DNA of 64,000 bases from Candidatus Nanosyncoccus sp. Its GTDB lineage: Bacteria > Patescibacteriota > Saccharimonadia > Saccharimonadales > Saccharimonadaceae. Under the pieces are notes generated by a model. It saw only the letters and a list, made by a program, of their open reading frames with translations. It did not search any database and was not told the DNA's origin. How positions within the stretch are numbered: the stretch's first letter is position 1; each line of letters begins with the position of its first letter. The stretch covers positions 9,837 to 73,836 of the forward strand of contig JAZPZQ010000022.1 of assembly GCA_045544765.1 (NCBI GenBank), in the 5' to 3' direction. The translations under genes and the position numbers were made by a program. Below are positions 27,925 through 38,327 of this stretch, one piece after another.

Positions 27925-30900
27925 AGCTGCCCTTGCCGGAATTATCCCGCCAATCAAAGTCAGCACTACCGATAGCCCAATCAAAAACAGTGCCATCTTC
28001 GGATCTAACGCCGCACTTAGAGGTATATCCCCAGTAAAATGATGCAATACCAAATTGATAATCGGAATTAGTAGATACGACACACCTACACCAATAATTC
28101 CCGACAGCAACCCAATAATAAACGTCTCGGCATTAAATATCGACGAAATATTATGTTTCGAAGCGCCAATTGCTCGCAAAATCCCAATTTCTTTCGTTCT
28201 TTCATACACCGAAATATAAGTAATCACCCCAATCATAATTGACGACACCACCAGCGAAATCGACACAAAGGCAATCAGCACATACGAAACCGCATCCACA
28301 ATCGTTTTCACCGACGACATTAGTACTCCGGTCGTATCGGTGTAGTCAATCACTTTTTCATCCATATTAAGAGACCGCATTTTTTCATTATAGTCATCCA
28401 AAAACTCCATAAAATGCGTCTTCCCATCAAAACTCCAGAAATAAAAAGCCATCGTCGTTGGGTCGTCCAAATCTTGATAGCCCAGCGCCGAAAGATTAGT
28501 TGCAAGTGTAGATTTGCGTTTAGTAAACATCGCTGTCACCACACGCGATAATTCATCCTCCGTGAAATTCAACTTAAATGCACCAATAATCGCGTCCTTG
28601 TCCACATTGAAAGCCGAGGCAAAACTAGACGTGAGATATGACGATAATTCCCCCACCTTGGTCAAAATTTCCTTCTTCATCGTCACCTCCGTAATTGCCA
28701 CCGCAAAGGAATCAAATGCCGACTCCACCGGTGCTGCCGCTAAATATTGCTCCAAAACCGACCCAAAAATCAAGTCCACTATCGGTATTGGCATAGTTTC
28801 GACATCGTAAGGTATACCTTGCTTTTGCATAGCCGCGTCAAACCCAGTTACGTAAGCCGTAAGCAATCCTTTAAGTAGTCCCACAAAGGTCGTCTTGAAA
28901 GTGTCACTCGGTATATAATACTTCGCTTCTAGGTCAGAGAAATTTTCGCTAGCTAAGAACTCATCTACCTTCGTATCGATTTCCGCCTTCAAGAACGTGC
29001 CTTTACCGTCTAGCCCAGCGATATCTAGCTTCAACTTGTCCGCCAAATCAGTAAATCTATCCACCAACGTATCCTTCACCGGCGAAATATCCGCCGTGAT
29101 ATCATCCGAAATCTGCTGGATGTATTCGGCGCTCTTGGCTGCTACCGCATTCTGGTCAATTTTCACTCCAAAAGCCTGCGCAAGCTTTGCTTCATCTATC
29201 GACACTAAATCCGAGAACTCAAAACTATAATCATTCCCTTCTTCACCAAATTTAGTCCCCGAGAAAATATCCACTTCTGGCTCCGACAATTGCTTCTTCA
29301 CGATTCCGGTTTGAGCAGATTTTTCAATAATATGCGTCACTAGTGACGGCAAATAAGCAATCCCACTCCCGTTCGAGAGCATCTCCGCATTCATCACCGC
29401 TACGCCAGTAATCTTCAGCTTCTCAGATTCACCGAATAGTTTTCGCATATATTCTTTGTCTCCAGACATATCTTCGTAAACATCATATTTGCTGTTATAC
29501 TTATAAGTGTCAGTATTGGGTACCAGCCTTAAATCTACATTCATTAAATCTTCATAAGTTAGCTCTAACGGCGCATTATTTACATCCGCATTTTCACCAC
29601 TCATTATTTTAGAAACAATTTGGTTTAATTCATTCGTATCGTGGAACCCAAGCGAATAAGTAATCAGCTCCGAAACCTCACCCCGGCTACTTAGGACCAC
29701 CATCAGCTCGTTATAATTCTCTGGATAACGCCCTGCGAGAAGTTCAGTATCACTCCGCAAATTATCCCCATCGTATTGTTGGAACACCGATGTCATCGAC
29801 GAATAATTGCGAAGAAGCGACGATTCGCCGACTAGCGAAGTAAATAAAGTGCTCGGATTCATTTTGGCAATTGTCCCGGTGGCATCCTCGGCATAAATCA
29901 ACGGGTTCACATTATACTCGTACTCCAACATCCGGATATCGTCACTAACTTCCGATTTGTGCGCCTCTAGATAATCCGCAAAGCTCGGCAAATCATTATT
30001 AGAAACTGTCCCGAGCGTGGAAGTGAGAATCTGGTTTTCCTTTAGCTTGTTCCCGTTTTCTACCCCGTCAGCCGTGCCAGTCAAACTCAACAAAATACCT
30101 GTAATATCCGCCGTCTCCTTTTGCAGGCGCAAGGGGTAGGAGGTTAAAGTGTCTTCCTCAATCTTATCAATATAACTCTGGAACCCAGTCGAAACTGCAC
30201 TAATCAGCGCAATTCCAATAATCCCAATCGACCCCGCGATTGCAACTAAGATAGTCCGCGCCTTCTTGGTCAGCAAATTCCGCATCGACAGCCCCGCCGC
30301 CGTCAAGACCGACATTTTGGTTTTCTTCGATTTCTTCTCCGATTCAATTAAATTTAAATCGGTTTTAACCTTGCCGTCATAGGGATTAGAGTCAGAAGTA
30401 ATCTTACCGTCTTTCAAAGTGATAATCCGCGTAGCATACTCTTCCGCTAGCTCTGGATTATGTGTCACCATAATCACCAGTTTATTGCGAGCGATTTTCT
30501 TTAGCAAATCCATCACCTGTAGTGATGTTTCCGAATCCAAAGCCCCTGTCGGCTCGTCCGCGAGCAGAATATCCGGGTCGTTCACCAGAGCCCTGGCAAT
30601 CGCCACGCGTTGCATTTGTCCTCCCGAGAGCTGTGCAGGTAGTTTATTGATATGCTCCTCCAGCCCCACTTTCTTTAAGGCGTGCTTAGCTCTCCGCACC
30701 GATTCACGCTTTGAAATGCCCGACAGAGTCAGCGCCAGCCTCACGTTATTCAGTACCGTCTGGTGCGGAATCAAATTATACGACTGAAACACAAACCCAA
30801 TCCGATGGTTCCGATACGCATCCCAGTCCTTGTCACGAAACTTCTTGGTACTTTTCTCGTTTATAGTTAAATCACCCGAAGTGTATTTATCGAGTCCGCC

Positions 30901-31053
30901 GATGATATTTAACAAAGTCGTCTTACCTGAACCCGATGGCCCCAGAATTGCCGCAAACTCCGAGGTACGAAAATTAATCGTCACTTTATTCAGCACAACC
31001 CGCCGAATCCCACCGGTCTCGTAGACCTTACTCACACCCCGTATTTCAAGCAT
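27886..31053 (-). CDS. MacB/FtsX-type ABC transporter, fused ATPase-permease
   Basis: GPSGSGKT, LSGGQMQR, LLADEPTG; C-terminal ERTKEIGILRAIGA and 4 TMs. Confidence 0.93.
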   Translation of the reverse strand: MLEIRGVSKVYETGGIRRVVLNKVTINFRTSEFAAILGPSGSGKTTLLNIIGGLDKYTSGDLTINEKSTKKFRDKDWDAYRNHRIGFVFQSYNLIPHQTVLNNVRLALTLSGISKRESVRRAKHALKKVGLEEHINKLPAQLSGGQMQRVAIARALVNDPDILLADEPTGALDSETSLQVMDLLKKIARNKLVIMVTHNPELAEEYATRIITLKDGKITSDSNPYDGKVKTDLNLIESEKKSKKTKMSVLTAAGLSMRNLLTKKARTILVAIAGSIGIIGIALISAVSTGFQSYIDKIEEDTLTSYPLRLQKETADITGILLSLTGTADGVENGNKLKENQILTSTLGTVSNNDLPSFADYLEAHKSEVSDDIRMLEYEYNVNPLIYAEDATGTIAKMNPSTLFTSLVGESSLLRNYSSMTSVFQQYDGDNLRSDTELLAGRYPENYNELMVVLSSRGEVSELITYSLGFHDTNELNQIVSKIMSGENADVNNAPLELTYEDLMNVDLRLVPNTDTYKYNSKYDVYEDMSGDKEYMRKLFGESEKLKITGVAVMNAEMLSNGSGIAYLPSLVTHIIEKSAQTGIVKKQLSEPEVDIFSGTKFGEEGNDYSFEFSDLVSIDEAKLAQAFGVKIDQNAVAAKSAEYIQQISDDITADISPVKDTLVDRFTDLADKLKLDIAGLDGKGTFLKAEIDTKVDEFLASENFSDLEAKYYIPSDTFKTTFVGLLKGLLTAYVTGFDAAMQKQGIPYDVETMPIPIVDLIFGSVLEQYLAAAPVESAFDSFAVAITEVTMKKEILTKVGELSSYLTSSFASAFNVDKDAIIGAFKLNFTEDELSRVVTAMFTKRKSTLATNLSALGYQDLDDPTTMAFYFWSFDGKTHFMEFLDDYNEKMRSLNMDEKVIDYTDTTGVLMSSVKTIVDAVSYVLIAFVSISLVVSSIMIGVITYISVYERTKEIGILRAIGASKHNISSIFNAETFIIGLLSGIIGVGVSYLLIPIINLVLHHFTGDIPLSAALDPKMALFLIGLSVVLTLIGGIIPARAASRKDPVEALRSE

Positions 31054-31078
31054 ATATATTATATTATACTACAAATCG

Positions 31079-32005
31079 TTAAAACTTCAGCGAAAAAGTC
31101 GTCAACCCGTTTTCGGATTTCGCCGTTAAAACCCAGCCATTTCTATCAGCCAGTGATTTTGCAATCGAAAGCCCCAGCCCCACACCCTCCGCGCTTTTAT
31201 CAGCCTGATAAAATCTTTCAAAAATATGTTCCGCATCTGCTTCACTAATCAAAGTTCCGTCATTGCTTATGGTGAGCTCGTGATTAGACAAACTTAATTC
31301 GATTTTCTTATCACAGTATTTCACCGCGTTGTCCATCAAAACGCTAAAGATTTGCGCATAGTCAGCCCGCGCTAGCCGTACTTTGCCGTGCGCAGATATT
31401 TCGCTCTTAAACTTGAGTCCAGTCATCCTTGGTTCAAAACTTTCGATCATTTTCTTCGCCAAATCTTTCAAATTCACTTCTTCTGCCACCGCCTCGCTCA
31501 CTAAATCCGTCCGCGCCAAAGTTAGTAGCTCATTGTTAAGAGCCGACAATTTTTCTGCTTCCTTTTCTACATTGGAGATCCACTTATTTCCTCGGATATC
31601 TGCTGCCTCCAAATTCGCCGAAATCGCCGCAAGCGGTGTTTTAATCTCGTGCGAAGCATTCGCGATAAACACCTTTTGTGATTCATAGGCTTCCCGCACC
31701 GGCTTGATTGCTTCCTCTGCCAAAAAGTATGAAATCAAAGCCACAATCACTTCAATTGCCACACCAGAGACAATTAACGTGATCAGTAAATCCTGCGCTG
31801 CCGCCTGCTTCTCGTTTTTAATTGATACTTGCACCAAATTACCCACATCGTCCGAAAACATCTCGAGAGTTTGTTCACCGACCGGCGGCCTTCTGTTGGC
31901 TGACGAAGTCGCAAACAAATAAATCGAGGTAAAAGCAATCAAAATCACAATAGTCGTGATACCGAGGTTAATCCAAATTAGCTTGTTGCGTAGTTTCCTA
32001 AACAT
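31079..32005 (-). CDS. Sensor histidine kinase
   Basis: Two TMs; ASHEIKTPL, DNAVKY, FERFYQ, GLGLSIA. Confidence 0.95.
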   Translation of the reverse strand: MFRKLRNKLIWINLGITTIVILIAFTSIYLFATSSANRRPPVGEQTLEMFSDDVGNLVQVSIKNEKQAAAQDLLITLIVSGVAIEVIVALISYFLAEEAIKPVREAYESQKVFIANASHEIKTPLAAISANLEAADIRGNKWISNVEKEAEKLSALNNELLTLARTDLVSEAVAEEVNLKDLAKKMIESFEPRMTGLKFKSEISAHGKVRLARADYAQIFSVLMDNAVKYCDKKIELSLSNHELTISNDGTLISEADAEHIFERFYQADKSAEGVGLGLSIAKSLADRNGWVLTAKSENGLTTFSLKF

Positions 32006-32652
32006 AACTTATACCCCAACCCGCGAATTGTTTTGATAGTTACGCGCGAGCTAAGCCTTTTTAGTTTTTTCCGCAAATATGAGATGTATACTTCCACGTA
32101 GTTTTCCTCAAATTCCGCCTCCGCACCCCATACGTGCGCCAAGATTTGTTCCTTCGTTACAGTCGAACCCGGATTTTGAATTAGCATTTCAAATATCCCT
32201 GCTTCTTTGTCCGTTAATTCTATTCCATTTAAGGTTCGCTCCGACAAATTAAATTCCAAATCTTCGTACTTTAACACTTTCGCATCTCTGAGAGCCGGTC
32301 TTCGCGTCAGGGCCCTCAAACGTGCGATTAGCTCCGCGGTCTTAAACGGTTTCGCCAGATAATCATCCGCACCGTAATCCAGCCCACGAATTTTATCTTC
32401 CACTTCATTTAGAGCCGAAAGCATAATCACTGGCGTTTTGATTCCCCGCCCCCGTATCGTCGTCAGAATCTCCAATCCTGACAAATGCGGCAACATAATA
32501 TCCAGCACTATCGCGTCATAGTTTGGCTTTAAGGCTAGTTCCAAACCTTCTTCGCCATCCGCCGCCCAATCTACGTCAATCTTCTCTTTTTTCAGTAGAT
32601 GTATCACCGCTTCGGCTAAATATTTTTCATCTTCTACATATAATATTCTCAT
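31978..32652 (-). CDS. OmpR-family response regulator
   Basis: VED, LDIMLP, GADDYLAKPF, VEVYISYLRKK. Confidence 0.96.
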   Translation of the reverse strand: MRILYVEDEKYLAEAVIHLLKKEKIDVDWAADGEEGLELALKPNYDAIVLDIMLPHLSGLEILTTIRGRGIKTPVIMLSALNEVEDKIRGLDYGADDYLAKPFKTAELIARLRALTRRPALRDAKVLKYEDLEFNLSERTLNGIELTDKEAGIFEMLIQNPGSTVTKEQILAHVWGAEAEFEENYVEVYISYLRKKLKRLSSRVTIKTIRGLGYKLCLGNYATS

Positions 32653-32696
32653 AATTCTATTTTAACCCTAGCAATTTAAAACAAACTTAAAAACTC

Positions 32697-34373
32697 TTAC
32701 CGACGCTGACCGGAGCCATTTCCGCCATTAGTCCCGCCCGGCATCATTTGGTTAACATTGGTATTCCCCACCGTGGTCGTAACGCCAGAAATCGTGAAGC
32801 TGGTATACATTTCATCATTTAGATATAAAGTGTAAGTCTCACCCAGTTTAAACGACTCAGACCCCACAGCGATATGGCTAAAGCTCTTTTTCGCCGTGTG
32901 CTCGATAATTACATTACCATCTGTATCTTTAATCTCAATTGTGGTATTTGCTGATTGAGTAGCCGATAAATAAATACTGGCATTATATACCGACGAGCTA
33001 GAGCCTAGTGTCACTGCCATCCCGCTAGAGCCAACCGCGAGAACCGTACCGCCGTTCATCACAATGCCCATACCAGCATCGAGCGCACCGTTACCGTTAT
33101 TGGTAGGCCCATCTACTGTCACCTTACCACCGTTAAAATATACCCAACCATTGCTATCCACGCCATCCCCCGCGGCATTGATATATACCTCACCGCCCGC
33201 GATCACAATGGTACAGTTTTCGTCCGCATTAAACACCCCTGCACCTTGGCGGTTGGTCGCAGACGCGTCAGCTCCACCGCCCGCGTTAATCCCATCATCG
33301 GAACTGATTACATTTAACTTGCCACCATTAATCGCAATTGCTTGCGCTTCAATCCCCTCGTACGACTTCACAATCGTTATCTCGCCATCGTCTATGATAA
33401 CCTGGCGGTCAGCGTGCATCCCGTCATCGCCAGAGCTAATGTTAAAGGCACCGTTAATTATCCCGATATAATTATTAGAATGAACCGCATCGTCATGAGA
33501 ATTGATGACAAAGTTTCCGCCGTAAACCAAAACGCTGTTGATAGCTTTAATTCCTTTTGCTCCAGCCTCAAGGTTAAAATTACCACCCTCAATCATTACG
33601 AAACCTTTATCGCCATCAGTTTCATTGGTCGACTTAATAGCATCCGCGCCCGCCGAAATTTTGAAGTCACCATTTACGATATAAACAGAATCCTTACCAC
33701 GTATTCCGTCATCTTTTGCCACAATCTCATAGCTACCAGAATTAAACTTCACATCATCCTTCCCCACGATAGCATCGAGGTAATTGCTAGTTAGCTTCAA
33801 ACTGCCATCGCCCTGAAAAGTCAAATCAGCCTTAGAATAAATCGCTCCTGTCACATCTTCGTCGAAACTCGTCGCATAAGCCTCGCCATCCGTCAAGGTA
33901 TTCTCCCCCACTAGCTCAATCACCAAATCGTCTGCCGAGTAACAAGCGATTGCCGGGCCAATCGTATTAGTAATACTCACGTCTTCTAGAACCAGCCGCA
34001 CCACGCCGTCCGTGCCGGCGTTTACCGTGATTAAACCGTCCTCAAGTGTGCCAGTTATGTTATAAGTACCAGATTGTTCTATCGTCAAAGATTCACTAAG
34101 CTCGATATCATAAGTCGGATAACGGTCCCAATTGATTTTTAAATCACCATTGTCGGTGCTAATCGTCCCAGCAACTTGCGAAGCGCCATCATTGGAGCTA
34201 TTATTATTTAACGTTATAGTCACCCAGACGGAAATAAATATTACTAAGAATAATAATAGCCATCTTCCGTCGAAATGATGTTCAGCAGTTTTCTCCTTAG
34301 TCGTATTAGACGTACTAGACGCATCGCGTTCCTCGACCGGCTTAGTGTCTTCTGTCGTACCATTCTTCGTCAT
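32697..34373 (-). CDS. Cthe_2159-family beta-helix carbohydrate-binding protein, membrane-anchored
   Basis: N-terminal TM; AIYSKADLTF, DAIVGKDD, DDGIRGKD, DGVDSNG, DGPTNNGNGALD repeats. Start 34373 coupled to the DUF4956 stop. Confidence 0.85.
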   Translation of the reverse strand: MTKNGTTEDTKPVEERDASSTSNTTKEKTAEHHFDGRWLLLFLVIFISVWVTITLNNNSSNDGASQVAGTISTDNGDLKINWDRYPTYDIELSESLTIEQSGTYNITGTLEDGLITVNAGTDGVVRLVLEDVSITNTIGPAIACYSADDLVIELVGENTLTDGEAYATSFDEDVTGAIYSKADLTFQGDGSLKLTSNYLDAIVGKDDVKFNSGSYEIVAKDDGIRGKDSVYIVNGDFKISAGADAIKSTNETDGDKGFVMIEGGNFNLEAGAKGIKAINSVLVYGGNFVINSHDDAVHSNNYIGIINGAFNISSGDDGMHADRQVIIDDGEITIVKSYEGIEAQAIAINGGKLNVISSDDGINAGGGADASATNRQGAGVFNADENCTIVIAGGEVYINAAGDGVDSNGWVYFNGGKVTVDGPTNNGNGALDAGMGIVMNGGTVLAVGSSGMAVTLGSSSSVYNASIYLSATQSANTTIEIKDTDGNVIIEHTAKKSFSHIAVGSESFKLGETYTLYLNDEMYTSFTISGVTTTVGNTNVNQMMPGGTNGGNGSGQRR

Positions 34374-34374
34374 C

Positions 34375-35046
34375 CTATATCTCCTCTTCACAGCAAGGTT
34401 CGGAGAGTAAAACCTTCAAATTGCAATTCTTCACCCGAATTTCATCCAGGAAAGCTTTTTCCTTTACGCCGTGCTTCATTTTAACATCATAAGTTAATTT
34501 ATATAAAGACCCCATATTCATAGTTTTCATCCGGACCAAGCGTGCTCGTGAGGTATACTTTTTGAAAATGTCACTAAATACATCCTCATAGTCCAAATCT
34601 TCCGGAATCACAATTTTTAAAACTCTCTCGTGCTGATCTGGCTCCAGCAAGCGAGTATAGCTAAAGAAGAATACTGCAATAACATAAATTATCATCACGA
34701 CAGCCGCAAATAACACGTGCCCCATCCCACAAGCTAGCCCTAGCATCATCGCCGCAAATATTGCGAGTAAATCCTTCGCCCGTCCCGCAATCGAGCGAAA
34801 CCTAATTAGCGAAAACGCACCCAGAATCGCAATCGAAGTTCCGAGATTGCCATTAATCATAATCATCACCGCCATCACTAGCACCGGTAACACTGCCAGT
34901 GTCACCATCATTCCTTTAGTTGTTTGTGTAGTTTTGGCGTGCGTAAACGCTAGTACTACGCCTAAACCTAGTGCCACCAAAGCGGCAATTAATGCGCTAG
35001 TTATCTCTAAACCAGCTGCAGCTGTGTCAAAAATGCTATTAAACAT
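34375..35046 (-). CDS. DUF4956 membrane protein
   Basis: GAFSLIRFRS, GLACGMG, KTMNMGSLY, IRVKNCNL. Confidence 0.88.
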   Translation of the reverse strand: MFNSIFDTAAAGLEITSALIAALVALGLGVVLAFTHAKTTQTTKGMMVTLAVLPVLVMAVMIMINGNLGTSIAILGAFSLIRFRSIAGRAKDLLAIFAAMMLGLACGMGHVLFAAVVMIIYVIAVFFFSYTRLLEPDQHERVLKIVIPEDLDYEDVFSDIFKKYTSRARLVRMKTMNMGSLYKLTYDVKMKHGVKEKAFLDEIRVKNCNLKVLLSEPCCEEEI

Positions 35047-35764
35047 TTTGCTCCTTTCTTATTTTTTCATAAATTTTACCAATCTTACTAAATTGCTGCG
35101 GATAAATGTGAAGCTCCGACATTTTTTTAACCAGCCAAAGCGGCAACACGCCGTGCGCTTTAATCTCCATAATTACATTACGCTCATCCATGAAATATTT
35201 TTTATCACGCTTTGACTTTTCAAACTTCAGATTCTTTTCACGGTATTTTAAGTTTTCGTCAAAAGTAATCCTAAGTCCCTCGGCGTTTTTGTAACTTTCG
35301 CGGTCATATATCACCATAATCTTCGGTTTTAAAATAAATCGCTGGACCAAATAATCTACTTCACTCGCAATTTGTAAATCATTGGCGTTTTCTATCGCTC
35401 TCCGCGACAATTCTTCGAGCGTCTTTCGCCCACTGACCAGTTCCTCATAATCACTATGCGTAATCATTACGCGCCGTTTATAGCCAAGATTATACTCTTC
35501 GTCTTTAATTTTGGTCTTAATCTCCAAAAATACCCGGTCATACCCATCATAAGAACGCGCCCGCAGCTTTTCCTTAAAAATCGGCCTGTCAATCGATTGC
35601 ACGATTAAATCATAATTATCATTGTCAAAGTATATATTCATTACTACTGACCGAAAATACCCATCTCGCTCCATATTGCGCTGAATCAGTTTCAGAAGCT
35701 CTGCCTTTTCCTGGTCGGTAATCAGATACTTTTTCTCAATTCGGTCAAATACCTTTTCTTCCAT
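35039..35764 (-). CDS. VTC / polyphosphate-polymerase domain protein (TTM fold)
   Basis: RIEKKY, YFD, KLRARSY, FLEIKTK, YDRES, LRITFD, MEIK, FSKIGK. Confidence 0.88.
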   Translation of the reverse strand: MEEKVFDRIEKKYLITDQEKAELLKLIQRNMERDGYFRSVVMNIYFDNDNYDLIVQSIDRPIFKEKLRARSYDGYDRVFLEIKTKIKDEEYNLGYKRRVMITHSDYEELVSGRKTLEELSRRAIENANDLQIASEVDYLVQRFILKPKIMVIYDRESYKNAEGLRITFDENLKYREKNLKFEKSKRDKKYFMDERNVIMEIKAHGVLPLWLVKKMSELHIYPQQFSKIGKIYEKIRKEQNV

Positions 35765-35798
35765 ACTATATAATATATACCTCCAACATTAAAACAAC

Positions 35799-36830
35799 CT
35801 AAATTCCGGAACTATAATAATAGTTCTCTAGCATCGTGCCTAGTTCTGCAATTTTCTGGAACGGCGCTCGGTTTGTCATCACTACCACGATAAAATGCCG
35901 ACCTTTTTCCGGAAATTCAACTATCGCTGTGTCGTGATAAATGTTCCAGTAATTCCCACTCGGGTTGTAATCCCAGCCTACCTTATTATAGACATTAGCA
36001 CGCGTAAACCCACTCGGCAGCCCCTGTCGCCAATTGTATGTAGTAATCGGCTGATTTAGGAAAGAGTCTTTCATTTGCGCTAGTAAAGTTTCGTCAGTTA
36101 TATCAGGATGTTCATAAAACAGCTTCATTATGCTTAAAATATCACGCGGGTTAGAAATTAGATGCGAAATATCTGAATTCGTAATGCCAAATTCATTTGC
36201 AATAATTTGGTCTAAGGTATCGTGACCGATTATATTCCAGAGAGTCTCTGCGCAGGCCGAATTCGACTCCCGAATCGCCAGGTCAAGACATTCTAAAATG
36301 GTTCGACCTGTAGAACCGGCCGTTTCACTGCCGTCCCACTCACCGGCTTGTACTCGACGATAACCTTCATATACCACGAACAGTTTATAAAGCGAAGCGG
36401 TATTGTATGATTCATCTGGATTATAGCTCCCCACTTCCTCTCCCCGCTCTAAATCATATATCAATACACTTTTATTACCGCCTACCGACCCCGCCCACTC
36501 ATCCACTAGATTCTGAAAATCAATCACCTCCGGTAGCACCGGCTCTTCTTCCACCGGCTCTTCCACTGCTGGCACAATTTCCTCAACTTGCGGTTCGGGC
36601 GTAGTTGGTTTATTGGTTAGGAATAAAACTAGAAAAATAATAAGAGCAACGCAAGCAAAACCAAAAGTCACGATAACGATCTCGAGGGTATTCCGGAGCG
36701 CGGCAGCGCGAGGTTTAGCGCGCGAGCCCCATGGCGATGGGCGCGAGCGACGCGACCCGAGAGACGTTGTCGTGACTTTTGCGCTATCCTGGACTACGGT
36801 CTCGCTTTGATTAGCCTCGCCAGAAACCAT
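35799..36830 (-). CDS. Membrane-anchored serine hydrolase (class A beta-lactamase/PBP-like)
   Basis: ASLYK (SxxK), SNS, NKVG motifs; one TM. Confidence 0.8.
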   Translation of the reverse strand: MVSGEANQSETVVQDSAKVTTTSLGSRRSRPSPWGSRAKPRAAALRNTLEIVIVTFGFACVALIIFLVLFLTNKPTTPEPQVEEIVPAVEEPVEEEPVLPEVIDFQNLVDEWAGSVGGNKSVLIYDLERGEEVGSYNPDESYNTASLYKLFVVYEGYRRVQAGEWDGSETAGSTGRTILECLDLAIRESNSACAETLWNIIGHDTLDQIIANEFGITNSDISHLISNPRDILSIMKLFYEHPDITDETLLAQMKDSFLNQPITTYNWRQGLPSGFTRANVYNKVGWDYNPSGNYWNIYHDTAIVEFPEKGRHFIVVVMTNRAPFQKIAELGTMLENYYYSSGI

Positions 36831-38281
36831 TGTTTTGTCTCCTCATCCATTAATTTTGTTTGTAATGCCCCGTCATACACCGTCGGCACAATTTTAGTTT
36901 GCAGTAACTTGCCCTTGTAGAAGTAATGCGCCAAAATCAAGCTCCTCGTCGTCCCCGGCCACCGGGATTGATCAAAGAATAAATTGCCCAGACCATAATA
37001 TATTACTCCATCACCATATAGTTCAAAGGTCTGTGGCTGATGCGCCGAAGTCCCTACCACCATATCCGCCCCTAGATCAATCAAATGCCGGAAAAAGCCA
37101 ATCTCGTCCCCCGGCACATTCTGCGGATAGTCGCAAATCGGGTCTTCATAAGTTGATGCATAGGCACTACATTCGTAGTACTGAATATCAACAATTACAA
37201 AATCGCCTCGCGCCTTCGCCGCATTTATCTCAGCCACGGCATTTTCCTCGTAGTATTGATTCGCCCCTGGATTAGAACCATAAGTCGCTCCGCCCGTCGA
37301 AAGATTATAGGCTAGAAAAGTAATATCCGAGCCCTTCTCGTCTAACTCTAAAGGTACCGCTGCCGCATCGGCATTCGCCCCACCCCCCACCATTTTTATC
37401 CCATTCTCATTATATATATCGATGGTTTCAAGCGCCGCCGTCGCGCCACAGTCGAGATTATGATTACCAGTTAGCTCCACGATGTCTAGCCCAATCCCCT
37501 TCAAAGTGTCTATAAACCTCGGGTCCGAGCATATGTTACTACTATTAGCAAAATCTGTAAACGACGATTCATTGGAAGTATGCGTCAAATCAAAACTAGA
37601 TAGATAGTCGCCTATCCCTTCCGCAAAATAACCGCCGTTCCCTACTTGGTACATCTTGGCATTCATCCCCCGGCTGAGAGCCGTCACACCGGTCTGCGCA
37701 AACGTCAGCACCGTATCTTTTTTCGGAAAAGATTTTACGAAACTCTCACCAATCAGTGGCGCGATTTCCTCGGCATATTTTTCCGATTCAAACTTCAGTA
37801 CCCGAAACACCGCACCCTTATCAAATTCATCTAAGTAATAATTATCATTGATAGCGAGTAGCTTACGCGAAAAATCTAAATCATCAATATCAGTCATCGT
37901 AAACGCCACATCCGCAACATACGCATCTGCGAATAGTAAATCAGCCTCCGTAGCCTCCACATTGGTATCAAGACTATAAAAATCCGTGGTCGGTACCGAA
38001 ACCTTAATCAAGAACTCACCCCCCTTAAGCTCTGGCTTCTCCAAATAATTTTTTGCCGAAATATAGACATCCTTATCTAAATCAATTTCTTCCGTAAATA
38101 TACCACCCAGCTGCTCCAGCTCAGCGCTACTCAAACTCTCATCGTAATAAATCACCCCAGGAATCCGGAAAATTCCCGTCTTCGTAAACCACTGTACGCC
38201 AAAGAACACTCCCGCCCCCACCAGCAAAAACACAACCAAACCAATTACTATTCTACTTCCTCGTTTACTCCGCATCTTCAT
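36794..38281 (-). CDS. CapA/PGA_cap metallophosphatase-like protein, membrane-anchored
   Basis: GNHNLD, DMVVGTSAHQPQ, YYGLGNLFFD. Confidence 0.85.
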   Translation of the reverse strand: MKMRSKRGSRIVIGLVVFLLVGAGVFFGVQWFTKTGIFRIPGVIYYDESLSSAELEQLGGIFTEEIDLDKDVYISAKNYLEKPELKGGEFLIKVSVPTTDFYSLDTNVEATEADLLFADAYVADVAFTMTDIDDLDFSRKLLAINDNYYLDEFDKGAVFRVLKFESEKYAEEIAPLIGESFVKSFPKKDTVLTFAQTGVTALSRGMNAKMYQVGNGGYFAEGIGDYLSSFDLTHTSNESSFTDFANSSNICSDPRFIDTLKGIGLDIVELTGNHNLDCGATAALETIDIYNENGIKMVGGGANADAAAVPLELDEKGSDITFLAYNLSTGGATYGSNPGANQYYEENAVAEINAAKARGDFVIVDIQYYECSAYASTYEDPICDYPQNVPGDEIGFFRHLIDLGADMVVGTSAHQPQTFELYGDGVIYYGLGNLFFDQSRWPGTTRSLILAHYFYKGKLLQTKIVPTVYDGALQTKLMDEETKQWFLARLIKARP

Positions 38282-38327
38282 ATTATTTATTATACACTAA
38301 ATTTAGCGGAAGTGCTATAATAATAAT

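Noticed and set aside
27785-28042. 85-aa ORF MAGVKGFEP...
   Set aside because: Antisense reading of tRNA-Gln and the ABC transporter 3' end.
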